Virus record (IMG/VR): IMGVR_UViG_3300044957_000763
Coordinates: 124,001 to 188,000 of that record
Direction: 5' to 3' (one strand)
Length of the DNA stretch: 64,000 bases
The notes under the pieces are model-generated. The model made no database searches. It worked only from the letters and a program-made list of their open reading frames with translations, and had not been told where the DNA came from. Of the stretch, positions 36,466 through 45,007 are shown one piece after another. How positions within the stretch are numbered: position 1 is the first letter of the stretch; each line of letters begins with the position of its first letter. Position numbers and translations under genes: made by a program.

Positions 36466-38544
36466 ATGTCGAAGCAGATGAATAGTGAGATACTGAACGC
36501 CTTGCTAAAGGCTGCAAACGCTGCTGAACAGGCTGGCGACTTTCGTCTTGCAGACAGTGCTGACGAGTTGGCACAACGTGTGGCACAACTTTCTACTGCG
36601 GTTCAATTTGGCAAAACAGTTGCCAAGCCTGCGTTAACATATCTTGGTAACGACCAGGTTATTTTACCAACAGTTAAAGGACTCACAAACGCCACTGAAG
36701 GAAAGGCATTAGGAGAGGGTGTTTTAGAAAGTACGCCCGTCAATATGCTCGGAATCGGCGGCGGAGACTATTTCGGTTCATTAACAGACCCTCTTAATTG
36801 GGGACCAGACGCGGTCATGGCGCTCAACAAAATGAGGTTTATGAATATGTTGCGTTCGCAATTGATTAGTGCCGGGTATACCGAATTAGCAAATGACAAT
36901 GTGTGGAGAGTTTTTAAGAATATCCCCGGAGGACAAGGTGGTCTTGAGGACTTGTTGCGGGAGGCAGACCCTAAAGCTGCTGCTAAGTTTCTTGGAGAGC
37001 AAAAGGCAACTCCGAGGGGGCTTGCTGATTTCTTTACGCGTTTTCGCGAACGAGCAAGAGCGAACAAGGGCACTCATTGGGCTAGATTCAAGGCGCGGTA
37101 TATTACAAGTGCGGGCTGGGGAGGCAGTGCCAATCTATCTGCAGAAAGAGCGGAGCGTGTTAGGAATTTTATCAACAGCAAGATGACAGATGCAGATAAA
37201 GCATTAAGTACTGAAGAGTTGATTAAGAAGTATCGTCGAAATGTTGATGATGTTGAAGGCTTCGACAGAAGTAAAGTCAAAACCAAAGCACCTAAGACTC
37301 CAAAACCTAATGCAATTAAGGGCGCAAATTCTGTAATAAGCAAAGCATCGTCAGCGAAAGACCTGGTACAAAAAGCCGGTCAATATTTGAAAGAAAGACC
37401 GGAGCTGATAAAGCAGGCACTTTCCAAAGCCGGTAAAACCGAAGAAGGCGTTCAGTGGCTTAAGTTCTTAAAATCCAACAGCAAAGACGCCACTAAAGTT
37501 GGCAAGGGCATGAAGGCGCTCGGTCGAATTGCCATGGTTATAGCCATTGCAGATATTATTAGCGATGTCCCAGGTGCCGTTGCAGGAGACGCACAGGCAC
37601 AACTTGATATTTACATTAACACTCTTGGCCTGGCTTTTCCACCTCTTGCCATTGCCACAGCATTGACAAGTTTGTTTGGGCTTGATTTATCTGAAATGAT
37701 TATTGCTAATGTTACGCATTTGGGCGAGGTTGCATCAGGTGTTGACACAGCACAAACCAACGAAGACCTTATCAATGCTGGTATGACCTACAATCCGCAA
37801 ACCAAAGAGTGGGAAAATGGTGGTGTAGAACGCTCATATGACACTAATACTGGCAAATCATTCGAGGCTGGGATGATGAATATGGTTAAGTCTGGTATGA
37901 GTATTAATCAGGCATGGTTGATTACGTTAAGAAAAATGAAGGCTTCTGGTTCTACACCAGAAGAAATTCTTACGGCGCGACAAAAATACAACCAAGCCAA
38001 AACTATGATTTACAATGAGGGAATGATTGGCTCAATAAAAGCACCTATGTGGAGCGAAAGCCAAATCGCTGAATTTGAAAAGTCTTTGAACAAGCACATT
38101 GTCGCCAAGCTGAATGCTGGAGTTGCACAAGCAGAACTATTGCGCGAGATTGATTCTTACATGCGCAAGGTTCCAAATCTTCGTATGATAAGTGCTATTC
38201 GTTCTAGAGTTGTTGGCAATCTTAACGCAGCGCAAAAAAGCATTGAGAAGGGTGAAAAACCAATTACACCACAGGGTCAGCAAAATACAACTACCAAAGA
38301 AAAGGTAAATAACACATTGATGTCACGAGCACAACGTTCTCGAGGTCCTCGTGTCGCAATTTGGCAAAAATTCTTGGCTCAAAATGGTTTCTTCCCTGGA
38401 TACAATCAAAACACACCAGCGGTCTTTGGTCCTCGAACAACACGCGGTACTCGCGCTTTTCAGTCAAGATACAATTTGAGGGTAGATGGAGCGGCCGGCC
38501 CAGAGACGCTTGCGAAAGCGAGGCAACTGGGTGGTAAACTATAG
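36466..38544 (+). CDS. Large putative virion protein with C-terminal peptidoglycan-binding domain
   Basis: PG_binding_1 pattern RGPRVAIWQ..L...FGPRT...AFQ...LRVDG.AGPET; N-terminal LLKAANAAE.AG...AD..D helix. Confidence 0.7.
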   Translation: MSKQMNSEILNALLKAANAAEQAGDFRLADSADELAQRVAQLSTAVQFGKTVAKPALTYLGNDQVILPTVKGLTNATEGKALGEGVLESTPVNMLGIGGGDYFGSLTDPLNWGPDAVMALNKMRFMNMLRSQLISAGYTELANDNVWRVFKNIPGGQGGLEDLLREADPKAAAKFLGEQKATPRGLADFFTRFRERARANKGTHWARFKARYITSAGWGGSANLSAERAERVRNFINSKMTDADKALSTEELIKKYRRNVDDVEGFDRSKVKTKAPKTPKPNAIKGANSVISKASSAKDLVQKAGQYLKERPELIKQALSKAGKTEEGVQWLKFLKSNSKDATKVGKGMKALGRIAMVIAIADIISDVPGAVAGDAQAQLDIYINTLGLAFPPLAIATALTSLFGLDLSEMIIANVTHLGEVASGVDTAQTNEDLINAGMTYNPQTKEWENGGVERSYDTNTGKSFEAGMMNMVKSGMSINQAWLITLRKMKASGSTPEEILTARQKYNQAKTMIYNEGMIGSIKAPMWSESQIAEFEKSLNKHIVAKLNAGVAQAELLREIDSYMRKVPNLRMISAIRSRVVGNLNAAQKSIEKGEKPITPQGQQNTTTKEKVNNTLMSRAQRSRGPRVAIWQKFLAQNGFFPGYNQNTPAVFGPRTTRGTRAFQSRYNLRVDGAAGPETLAKARQLGGKL

Positions 38545-38577
38545 TTGTTGCTTGAATTAGCAACGGATTGACATGCA

Positions 38578-41500
38578 ATGTGGTACAGAACTATTGTAGC
38601 TGCAAGAAACGGCGTATATGTTTCAGAATTGAATTTACCAATCAATGAAACACTGCACGCAATTCTTGAGGATTTGAGGTCACAAGGATTTAAGGCCTTG
38701 GTGGTCGGCGGTGCTGTGCGAGACGCGGTGATGGGTGTGGTGCCCAAAGACATTGATGTTGAGGTTTATGGAGCAGACTATGACACTTTACACACAACAC
38801 TCACCAAATACGGTCGCGCCGACGTAGTTGGTAAAAGTTTTGGTGTGTTGAAGTTGCGCACGCCCGATGGTCAAGATTATGACTTTAGCGTTCCTCGGCG
38901 TGACAGTAAAACAGGAGATGGGCATACAGGGTTTAAAATTACTGTAGACCATACAATGACACCAGAGCAAGCGGCAGCCCGCCGCGATTTCACCATGAAT
39001 TGTTTTTCTGGAGAAACGAAAATATTGACCAAATCAGGACCGAAATCATTAATGGAATTATGTGGTCAACAATGTGAGGTGTTAGACGGAAACGGTGAGT
39101 GGACACACGCAGATGTTAGGTCGTTTGGTGTTCAAAAATTGTTAAAATTGACTGTTACCAGAAATAGAATTGTCAAAACGATTTATGCAACTCCAAATCA
39201 CAGATGGTTTATCAAGAATAAACACACATATGTTTTTGACCGCGAAAGAACGACTGAGAATTTGCGGTGCGGTCACATGCTTCCGTCTGTGTATCCAATT
39301 ATTCAATCTACACAATTAGACAATGAGTCTATTTGTAGGGGGTTTGTATTTGGTGACGGCAACATTGTTGTTTTTGACAGCGGGAATGCGGTGAGCATTG
39401 CTAATTTTTGCGGTGAAAAAGACTCACATTTATTACCTTTATTTGAAAAACTGGACATGGGTCGACCCCCTCATGATATCCCATCGGGCAAGCGCATCTC
39501 TTCTCTTCCGCCAAATTGGAAGTTAGAAACTCCAGAATTTTCTGAATCATATGAATATCTACTTGGGTGGTTGTCTGGTTATTTTGCCGCTGATGGTTGT
39601 GTAGACTCTAAGGGATGTCCTGTGTTGAGTTCTTGCAATAGGGAAAATCTTGAATATGTAGAGCAACTTTGCAGATGTGTTGGTATCGGTACATATCAAA
39701 TCAGTCAATGTAAAATTGGTTCTGGGTACAATTCAAAAAGTGAATGTTGGTCTTTGGGCTTTGTGCGCAAAACTTTGTTTTCTGATTTTTTTATTATTCC
39801 AGAGCACAGAAAAAGATTTAACTCTGCAACCAATAGTCGGAATCGAACTGCATGGAAGGTTGTTAGTGTTGATGATTCAGATAGGATTGAAGAGGTTTAT
39901 TGTGCTGTAGTGCCGACCACTCATACATTTTGCCTAGATGGCAATTTGTTGACATCAAATTGTCTTGCGTATGACCCGTTGACGTCTGAGATACATGACT
40001 ACTATGGTGGAATTGAGGACTTGGAGAACGGTGTGTTGCGCGCCACCACAGAGGCATTTAAGGAAGACCCTTTGCGTGTATTGCGCGGCATGCAATTCGC
40101 TGCCAGATACGGTATGCGTCTAGACCCTGACACTGCAAAGATGTGCAGGGAAATAGTCGATGCGCATGACGAGTTGGCAACTGAGCGCATTGCAGAAGAA
40201 TGGATGAAACTTGCCATTAAGGGAAAACAACCAGGAACCGCACTCGAATACTTGGCAGACACTGGATGGCTAAAGCATTATCCAGAGCTTGAGGCCATGT
40301 TCGATGTGCCCCAAGACCCAGAATGGCACCCGGAAGGCTGGGAGCACTTCGATGCACCAGAACACAAAAGAAACCTATATACCAAAGAAGACCAAAATGT
40401 ATCTCACTGGCAAGACGTTATTGGTTTTCGGGGCGACGCACCAAGCGGTAGTAAAATGGTCTCGACACCTTATAAGTCCACAAATCCAGAACGCCAGCAT
40501 GAGAACAGCCCAGAACCACACATTTATGTCACTATGGATGTTCCTATTGACAGCTATTGGAGATATGTGTACGAACAAGACAGAATTGATGCCAAACCTA
40601 TAGCCAACCTTGCTGTTAGACACTTAATGTCTCAATATGGTGGTGCCGAACTTAATGGCAAGACCCACTATCGTATGATTGGTTCATTGAAAGCCAGTCC
40701 AGCAGTGTATTGTCATGCCGAACGACAAGGTGACCATGTTGAATTGACCGTTGGGCTTCATAGTGAGTTGTCTAAGGAGTTGTTAGACCGTGGATGCCCA
40801 CTTCATGTTTATGTGAAAATGGGCGATGTAGCCACGCATACTGCACACGTGATGGATGCAGCCGCTGCAGTTGCAGAGCGAGACGGACTGATTGGTGATG
40901 ACAGGGCAACATTAGTACTTGCCGCTATGGTGCATGATATTGCCAAGCCACAGACCACAGAAATCCAGCAACGCGCCGGCAGGGGTATGTCTGTAACTTC
41001 GATTGGTCACGAAAAGGCCGGAGAACCAATTGCTGTAGACCTACTCAAAAGAATGGGCATTAAGAAGTCAATCAGGGATAAGGTTGGTCCAATGGTGGCA
41101 CGTCATTTGGCGCATGTTACCACGACCCCAACTAAGTCTAATGTGCGCAAGCTGGCTCGTGATATCGCACCAGCCAGCATTGAAGAACTTGCCAAGTTGA
41201 TTGAGGCCGACCATTCTGGTAGGCCACCATTGCCACAAGAGTTACCTCGTCAAGCCCAGGATATGTTGGATATTGCTAGAAAAGACGGTGTAGCCAACGG
41301 CAAGCCCGCACCAATTGTGCAAGGCAAGCATGTTCTGCCATATTACGGTGGCGCGTCAGGGAAACATATTGGTGAAGCGGTACAGGAAGCATATCGTGCA
41401 TACTTAAATGGTGCCTATGACAACTTTGAAGGTGGACAACAGTGGTTGAGCAATTATTTACAGTCTCGAGCCTCTATGCTTAGAGGTTCAGATGTTATAG

Positions 41501-41646
41501 CACTTGGTGTTAAACCCGGTCCAGTGATTGGTCAAATACTCAACGAGGCATGGCAAATGCAGATTGTGGGCACGTTCACGAGTCGTGAGGATGCTCTTGC
41601 TTGGCTGTCGAATCGAGTGAATTCTGACGCCACGTTAACGCAGTAG
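38578..41646 (+). CDS. cca: CCA-adding tRNA nucleotidyltransferase with HD domain, intein and extra insertion
   Basis: VGGAVRD, DIDVE, RRDFTMN, EDPLRVLR, ERIAEEW, PQDPEWHPEG, VHDIAK. Confidence 0.9.
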   Translation: MWYRTIVAARNGVYVSELNLPINETLHAILEDLRSQGFKALVVGGAVRDAVMGVVPKDIDVEVYGADYDTLHTTLTKYGRADVVGKSFGVLKLRTPDGQDYDFSVPRRDSKTGDGHTGFKITVDHTMTPEQAAARRDFTMNCFSGETKILTKSGPKSLMELCGQQCEVLDGNGEWTHADVRSFGVQKLLKLTVTRNRIVKTIYATPNHRWFIKNKHTYVFDRERTTENLRCGHMLPSVYPIIQSTQLDNESICRGFVFGDGNIVVFDSGNAVSIANFCGEKDSHLLPLFEKLDMGRPPHDIPSGKRISSLPPNWKLETPEFSESYEYLLGWLSGYFAADGCVDSKGCPVLSSCNRENLEYVEQLCRCVGIGTYQISQCKIGSGYNSKSECWSLGFVRKTLFSDFFIIPEHRKRFNSATNSRNRTAWKVVSVDDSDRIEEVYCAVVPTTHTFCLDGNLLTSNCLAYDPLTSEIHDYYGGIEDLENGVLRATTEAFKEDPLRVLRGMQFAARYGMRLDPDTAKMCREIVDAHDELATERIAEEWMKLAIKGKQPGTALEYLADTGWLKHYPELEAMFDVPQDPEWHPEGWEHFDAPEHKRNLYTKEDQNVSHWQDVIGFRGDAPSGSKMVSTPYKSTNPERQHENSPEPHIYVTMDVPIDSYWRYVYEQDRIDAKPIANLAVRHLMSQYGGAELNGKTHYRMIGSLKASPAVYCHAERQGDHVELTVGLHSELSKELLDRGCPLHVYVKMGDVATHTAHVMDAAAAVAERDGLIGDDRATLVLAAMVHDIAKPQTTEIQQRAGRGMSVTSIGHEKAGEPIAVDLLKRMGIKKSIRDKVGPMVARHLAHVTTTPTKSNVRKLARDIAPASIEELAKLIEADHSGRPPLPQELPRQAQDMLDIARKDGVANGKPAPIVQGKHVLPYYGGASGKHIGEAVQEAYRAYLNGAYDNFEGGQQWLSNYLQSRASMLRGSDVIALGVKPGPVIGQILNEAWQMQIVGTFTSREDALAWLSNRVNSDATLTQ
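39001..39960 (+). mobile_element. Intein (320 aa) with LAGLIDADG homing endonuclease
   Basis: Begins CFSGET, block B TPNHRW, GFVFGDG and GYFAADG, ends VYCAVV...LLTSN; +1 residue Cys. Confidence 0.92.
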
Positions 41647-41845
41647 CGCCGGCCCAAATTACCTGCAAGACCACTACTGAATATAATTGGTGGAACCACG
41701 CGTCTACTGCAATCATTATTGGTCCAACAATGTTGCACATTTCATAAAATGTGCTTTCTTGTTTGATTTTTCCAGCACGCATGGCAACATAGCTACCGAC
41801 AACAATAAATATTCCTGCCCAACCAAGTACATCAAGTAAATTCAT
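41576..41845 (-). CDS. Small three-helix membrane protein (CBU_0592-like)
   Basis: LGWAG...SY...NIVG...LQVIW hydrophobic pattern. Confidence 0.6.
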   Translation of the reverse strand: MNLLDVLGWAGIFIVVGSYVAMRAGKIKQESTFYEMCNIVGPIMIAVDAWFHQLYSVVVLQVIWAGATALTWRQNSLDSTAKQEHPHDS

Positions 41846-41858
41846 CTATTTATTATGT

Positions 41859-42266
41859 CTATTTGAACTTGATTGATAAGTCAATGCGGCCGGCAACTCC
41901 ATCTTCTCGAGGTGTGCCGTTTACTGAAAACACAGACATGTTCAGATTGAAGTTTGGTCTTGAAAACTGGTATCCAAAACCGTATTTTGAAATCATATTT
42001 GCATTCAGTTCATGACCGCGTGAAAGGTCGTAGTTCATGTTAAGCCCAGGCAAAATACGTATGCCGGTGCCGGCACTGAATCCGCGTAAGTTCCAGTTGT
42101 TTTGTTCGCTAAGTCGAGTTGATGCACGGAGAGTAAACGCATCTTTATATGATGCGTTGTAGTTGATGTCCAGGGTGTTGTCCTTGAATCCTTGGGCCAT
42201 GATTGTACACGTAACGAGTGCTGTGATGATAGTCGCTATAAGTTTCATGTTATTTTTATACCGCAC
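41859..42266 (-). CDS. Secreted beta-rich protein
   Basis: Signal peptide; alternating beta pattern; C-terminal Phe/Lys. Confidence 0.5.
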   Translation of the reverse strand: MRYKNNMKLIATIITALVTCTIMAQGFKDNTLDINYNASYKDAFTLRASTRLSEQNNWNLRGFSAGTGIRILPGLNMNYDLSRGHELNANMISKYGFGYQFSRPNFNLNMSVFSVNGTPREDGVAGRIDLSIKFK

Positions 42267-42298
42267 GCATTGTTGGAATTCATGGTATAATCACGAAT

Positions 42299-42628
42299 GT
42301 GAGTCAAAAAAATAGAATCACTGACTTGGTTGGTACGTTGGATTTCTTTGATTTCGTAACACCGATTGAACCAGCACCGCCATCGCATGATGAGCTTGAG
42401 TCGATATCTAACAATATGGGCATTCAGTGCGCTGCTGCAGTAGTAGAAGACTACTTGTCTTTGTCTGCTAATAGATATGCCTCATGTGGAATTCGTGCCG
42501 GGTGTGTTCTGAAGCTAAAAGACGGTGGTTATCTACTTGTAGGCCACGTTAGCGAGCGCCTTGGCTACATAGATGACGCTCCATTCATAGAATTACACGA
42601 AATCGAGGCTATTGCCTATTTGTATTGA
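42299..42628 (+). CDS. Hypothetical protein
   Basis: ORF after a TGGTATAAT box. Confidence 0.55.
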   Translation: MSQKNRITDLVGTLDFFDFVTPIEPAPPSHDELESISNNMGIQCAAAVVEDYLSLSANRYASCGIRAGCVLKLKDGGYLLVGHVSERLGYIDDAPFIELHEIEAIAYLY

Positions 42629-42637
42629 GGTTACAAA

Positions 42638-42925
42638 ATGCCTGAAGATGTTCCTATTCCAAACTGCAATGATATTCTGGATATGATTATAGCAGTTACT
42701 GCCAAAAACGACACTGAAGCCAATCGTTATCATGATGGCGAAATGTCAAGCGAGTTATATTTGCAAACTTGCCTTGCGCACATGTCTGAGATTACATGGA
42801 TTGTAAGCTGTAATCATTTGTCATCTGGAGACATGAGGTTGATTGATTTTTGGACTCGGCACCGTAATTTTGCCAAATGGAACCTGGTTAAGCCTCGCCC
42901 TGATGGCTATGAATTTTTGGCTTGA
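42638..42925 (+). CDS. Hypothetical protein
   Basis: 95-aa ORF with GAGG SD. Confidence 0.55.
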   Translation: MPEDVPIPNCNDILDMIIAVTAKNDTEANRYHDGEMSSELYLQTCLAHMSEITWIVSCNHLSSGDMRLIDFWTRHRNFAKWNLVKPRPDGYEFLA

Positions 42926-43487
42926 ACTCAGACAAGCTGGCATTAGGATTGAATAGACCAATTTGTTGATTCCGCATGCTTACAATCGCTTGGGCTTTAT
43001 CAATGGTGGTCATCCAGTGGTATTCTGGCGACAAGAAACAACGTTCGACATCAGCGCGAATTCCAAGCCAAACACCAGGCTCTAAGATTTTGATTTGCCC
43101 CTCTTCTGCCATGATAACACATTTCGCCGCGGCAAATGCATCTTGTGCAATATGAGCAATCGACCTTGGGCCTGGGTCTACACCTGTGGTCATGAATTCG
43201 CTGTATCTATTTAGGTCTGATTTAGAACCAGGCTCGTCTTTCTCGCAACTTATCCAACCATGTTCAGTCCATACGACAAACCACCCTTTCTCTGCCGCCT
43301 CAAGTGAACCAGGCCAATAACCAGTCCAAGCCGCTTTGTCCCAATCATGCTCATCGCATTGGCACAACATATATTGCCCAAAGCACTTTGTGCAGATTTG
43401 AACATCACAGTCTTCTTGATGTCTTTCGCCAGGACTGACGCCGCAATCCGGGCATATTGTTTCAGCCCGTAAACCTTCCATACTCAT
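42888..43487 (-). CDS. Hypothetical Cys-rich protein
   Basis: CPDCG...H..DCD...CTKC N-terminal metal-binding pattern. Confidence 0.6.
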   Translation of the reverse strand: MSMEGLRAETICPDCGVSPGERHQEDCDVQICTKCFGQYMLCQCDEHDWDKAAWTGYWPGSLEAAEKGWFVVWTEHGWISCEKDEPGSKSDLNRYSEFMTTGVDPGPRSIAHIAQDAFAAAKCVIMAEEGQIKILEPGVWLGIRADVERCFLSPEYHWMTTIDKAQAIVSMRNQQIGLFNPNASLSEFKPKIHSHQGEA

Positions 43488-43802
43488 AATATACCACAAT
43501 GTGCCATAATAGGCGCAGGCCTGATGAACAAGCAATTTTACTAGTGTTTTGAACTTGTGTTGAGATTTTTCGAGAAAATTGACGCAGGTGGGAACATTTT
43601 CGACGCAGAATAGGTATAATACGACCAGCGGAGCAAATCTGCATCGAGATTAACATGAGCATTCGACTTAAGCGCAATAAACGCAACTACTAGGTATCCC
43701 AGTCTTTCGACAGGGGTGCCTTGCAGTCCTGTCGTTTATACCGAGTCGAATTATCTCCAATTCCCAACTCCATTCAGCGGCAGGAATGCGCATTCGCATT
43801 AT

Positions 43803-43879
43803 CCGTCGCTAGCTCAATGGTTAGTAGCAATTCCCTCTTAAGGAAAAGGTTCTGGGTTCAAGTCCCAGGCGACGGACCA
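43803..43879 (+). tRNA. tRNA-Lys(CTT)
   Basis: CCGTCGC/GCGACGG-ACCA; loop CT-CTT-AA. Confidence 0.88.
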
Positions 43880-43883
43880 ATAC

Positions 43884-43955
43884 CCCTCCGTGGCGCAAAG
43901 GCAGCGCAGGTGACTTTTAATTACTTGGTTACAGGTTCGAATCCTGTCGGGGGGA
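43884..43955 (+). tRNA. tRNA-Lys(TTT), no encoded CCA
   Basis: CCCTCCG/CGGGGGG-A; loop CT-TTT-AA. Confidence 0.85.
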
Positions 43956-43963
43956 CACAATTT

Positions 43964-44042
43964 GGCGGCTTAACTCAGTTGGGTCAAGAGTACTCGGCTT
44001 TTAACCGAGGGGTCGTGGGGTCCCAGTCCACAGTCGCCACCA
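43964..44042 (+). tRNA. tRNA-Lys(TTT), atypical T-loop
   Basis: GGCGGCT/AGTCGCC-ACCA; CTCGG-CTTTTAA-CCGAG; T-loop lacks TTC. Confidence 0.75.
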
Positions 44043-44043
44043 A

Positions 44044-44955
44044 CTATCTGTACCACTTACTTGCCCCGACAACACCATTGGCCTTGGTTGACATAAGTTT
44101 CTTTAATACTGGCGCATCGTCATCCAACATATTGTGGTCTGCCTCCCAGTGGCAATTACCACACAAGATTAAAATGTTGTTTTTATGGTTGACTCTCCAT
44201 ACTTCTGTGCTTAATGGAAATTCTGGAATTGCAATGATGTGGCAAACCTCGGCGTGTTTTTTATATCCACAGTTTTCACAGCCCTCAATCACCTGGTTTT
44301 TGTATTGTGTTCTTGCTCTGCCTCGGACTTTTGCCCATTGTGCGGAGCGAAAATGGTTTGTAACTAGTGTGTCTTGCAAAGTGGATGAATCGAGCAAGAT
44401 GTTTTCTGATTCAATACATTGCTTACATTTCTTATTTTTGCCGGAGTGTAAATTTGAACACTTTACACAATTTTTTAACGGTTTCTTTAAGAAAGAAGTC
44501 GCCCACTTAGAAGAGCATTTTTTATCACAAAACAATTTCCCGCTTTTGGATTGTTTTAGCGATGTTTTTGTCTTGATAATTGATTTTCCACATGTGCCGC
44601 ACTGGGTTTCTATATATTGTTTTGACAATCTAAGTTTGTTATTGTATGTTGTAGAGCATTTGCGAGAACAGAATGAGTTATTGCATTTTGAGACGTCCTT
44701 GGAACTTTTGACTGCTGGTTCTCCGCAATTTACACACTTGATTAAATGCTTTTTTCTTCCCTTGGATAGTTGCTGGAATTGCGCACAACATTTTGTTGTG
44801 CAGAATGTGTTTCGATTATGTTTGATGTTTGATAACAGGTCGCCCTTTCTTTTATTAACTGTTGCCCCACAACCGATACATGTGATTGGCAACACATCAT
44901 TAGCTCTAAATTTATCTAAAAAATCTCTTGTGAGGTGTTGGTATTGATTCGACAT
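44044..44955 (-). CDS. Multi-zinc-finger HNH endonuclease
   Basis: Repeated CxxCG..FC...C units; CENCG...EVCHII...NILILCGNCHWEAD. Confidence 0.85.
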   Translation of the reverse strand: MSNQYQHLTRDFLDKFRANDVLPITCIGCGATVNKRKGDLLSNIKHNRNTFCTTKCCAQFQQLSKGRKKHLIKCVNCGEPAVKSSKDVSKCNNSFCSRKCSTTYNNKLRLSKQYIETQCGTCGKSIIKTKTSLKQSKSGKLFCDKKCSSKWATSFLKKPLKNCVKCSNLHSGKNKKCKQCIESENILLDSSTLQDTLVTNHFRSAQWAKVRGRARTQYKNQVIEGCENCGYKKHAEVCHIIAIPEFPLSTEVWRVNHKNNILILCGNCHWEADHNMLDDDAPVLKKLMSTKANGVVGASKWYR

Positions 44956-45007
44956 AACATGGTATTATATCAAGAACCACTCGATTCCTACTACAATCAC
45001 TAAAATC

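Noticed and set aside
40339-40824. Second canonical intein in cca
   Set aside because: No N-terminal Cys/Ser, no C-terminal Asn/Gln, no +1 nucleophile; kept as an unexplained insert.
43721-44947. 408-aa plus-strand ORF
   Set aside because: It overlaps three tRNAs and is antisense to a clear HNH gene; no motifs; shadow ORF.
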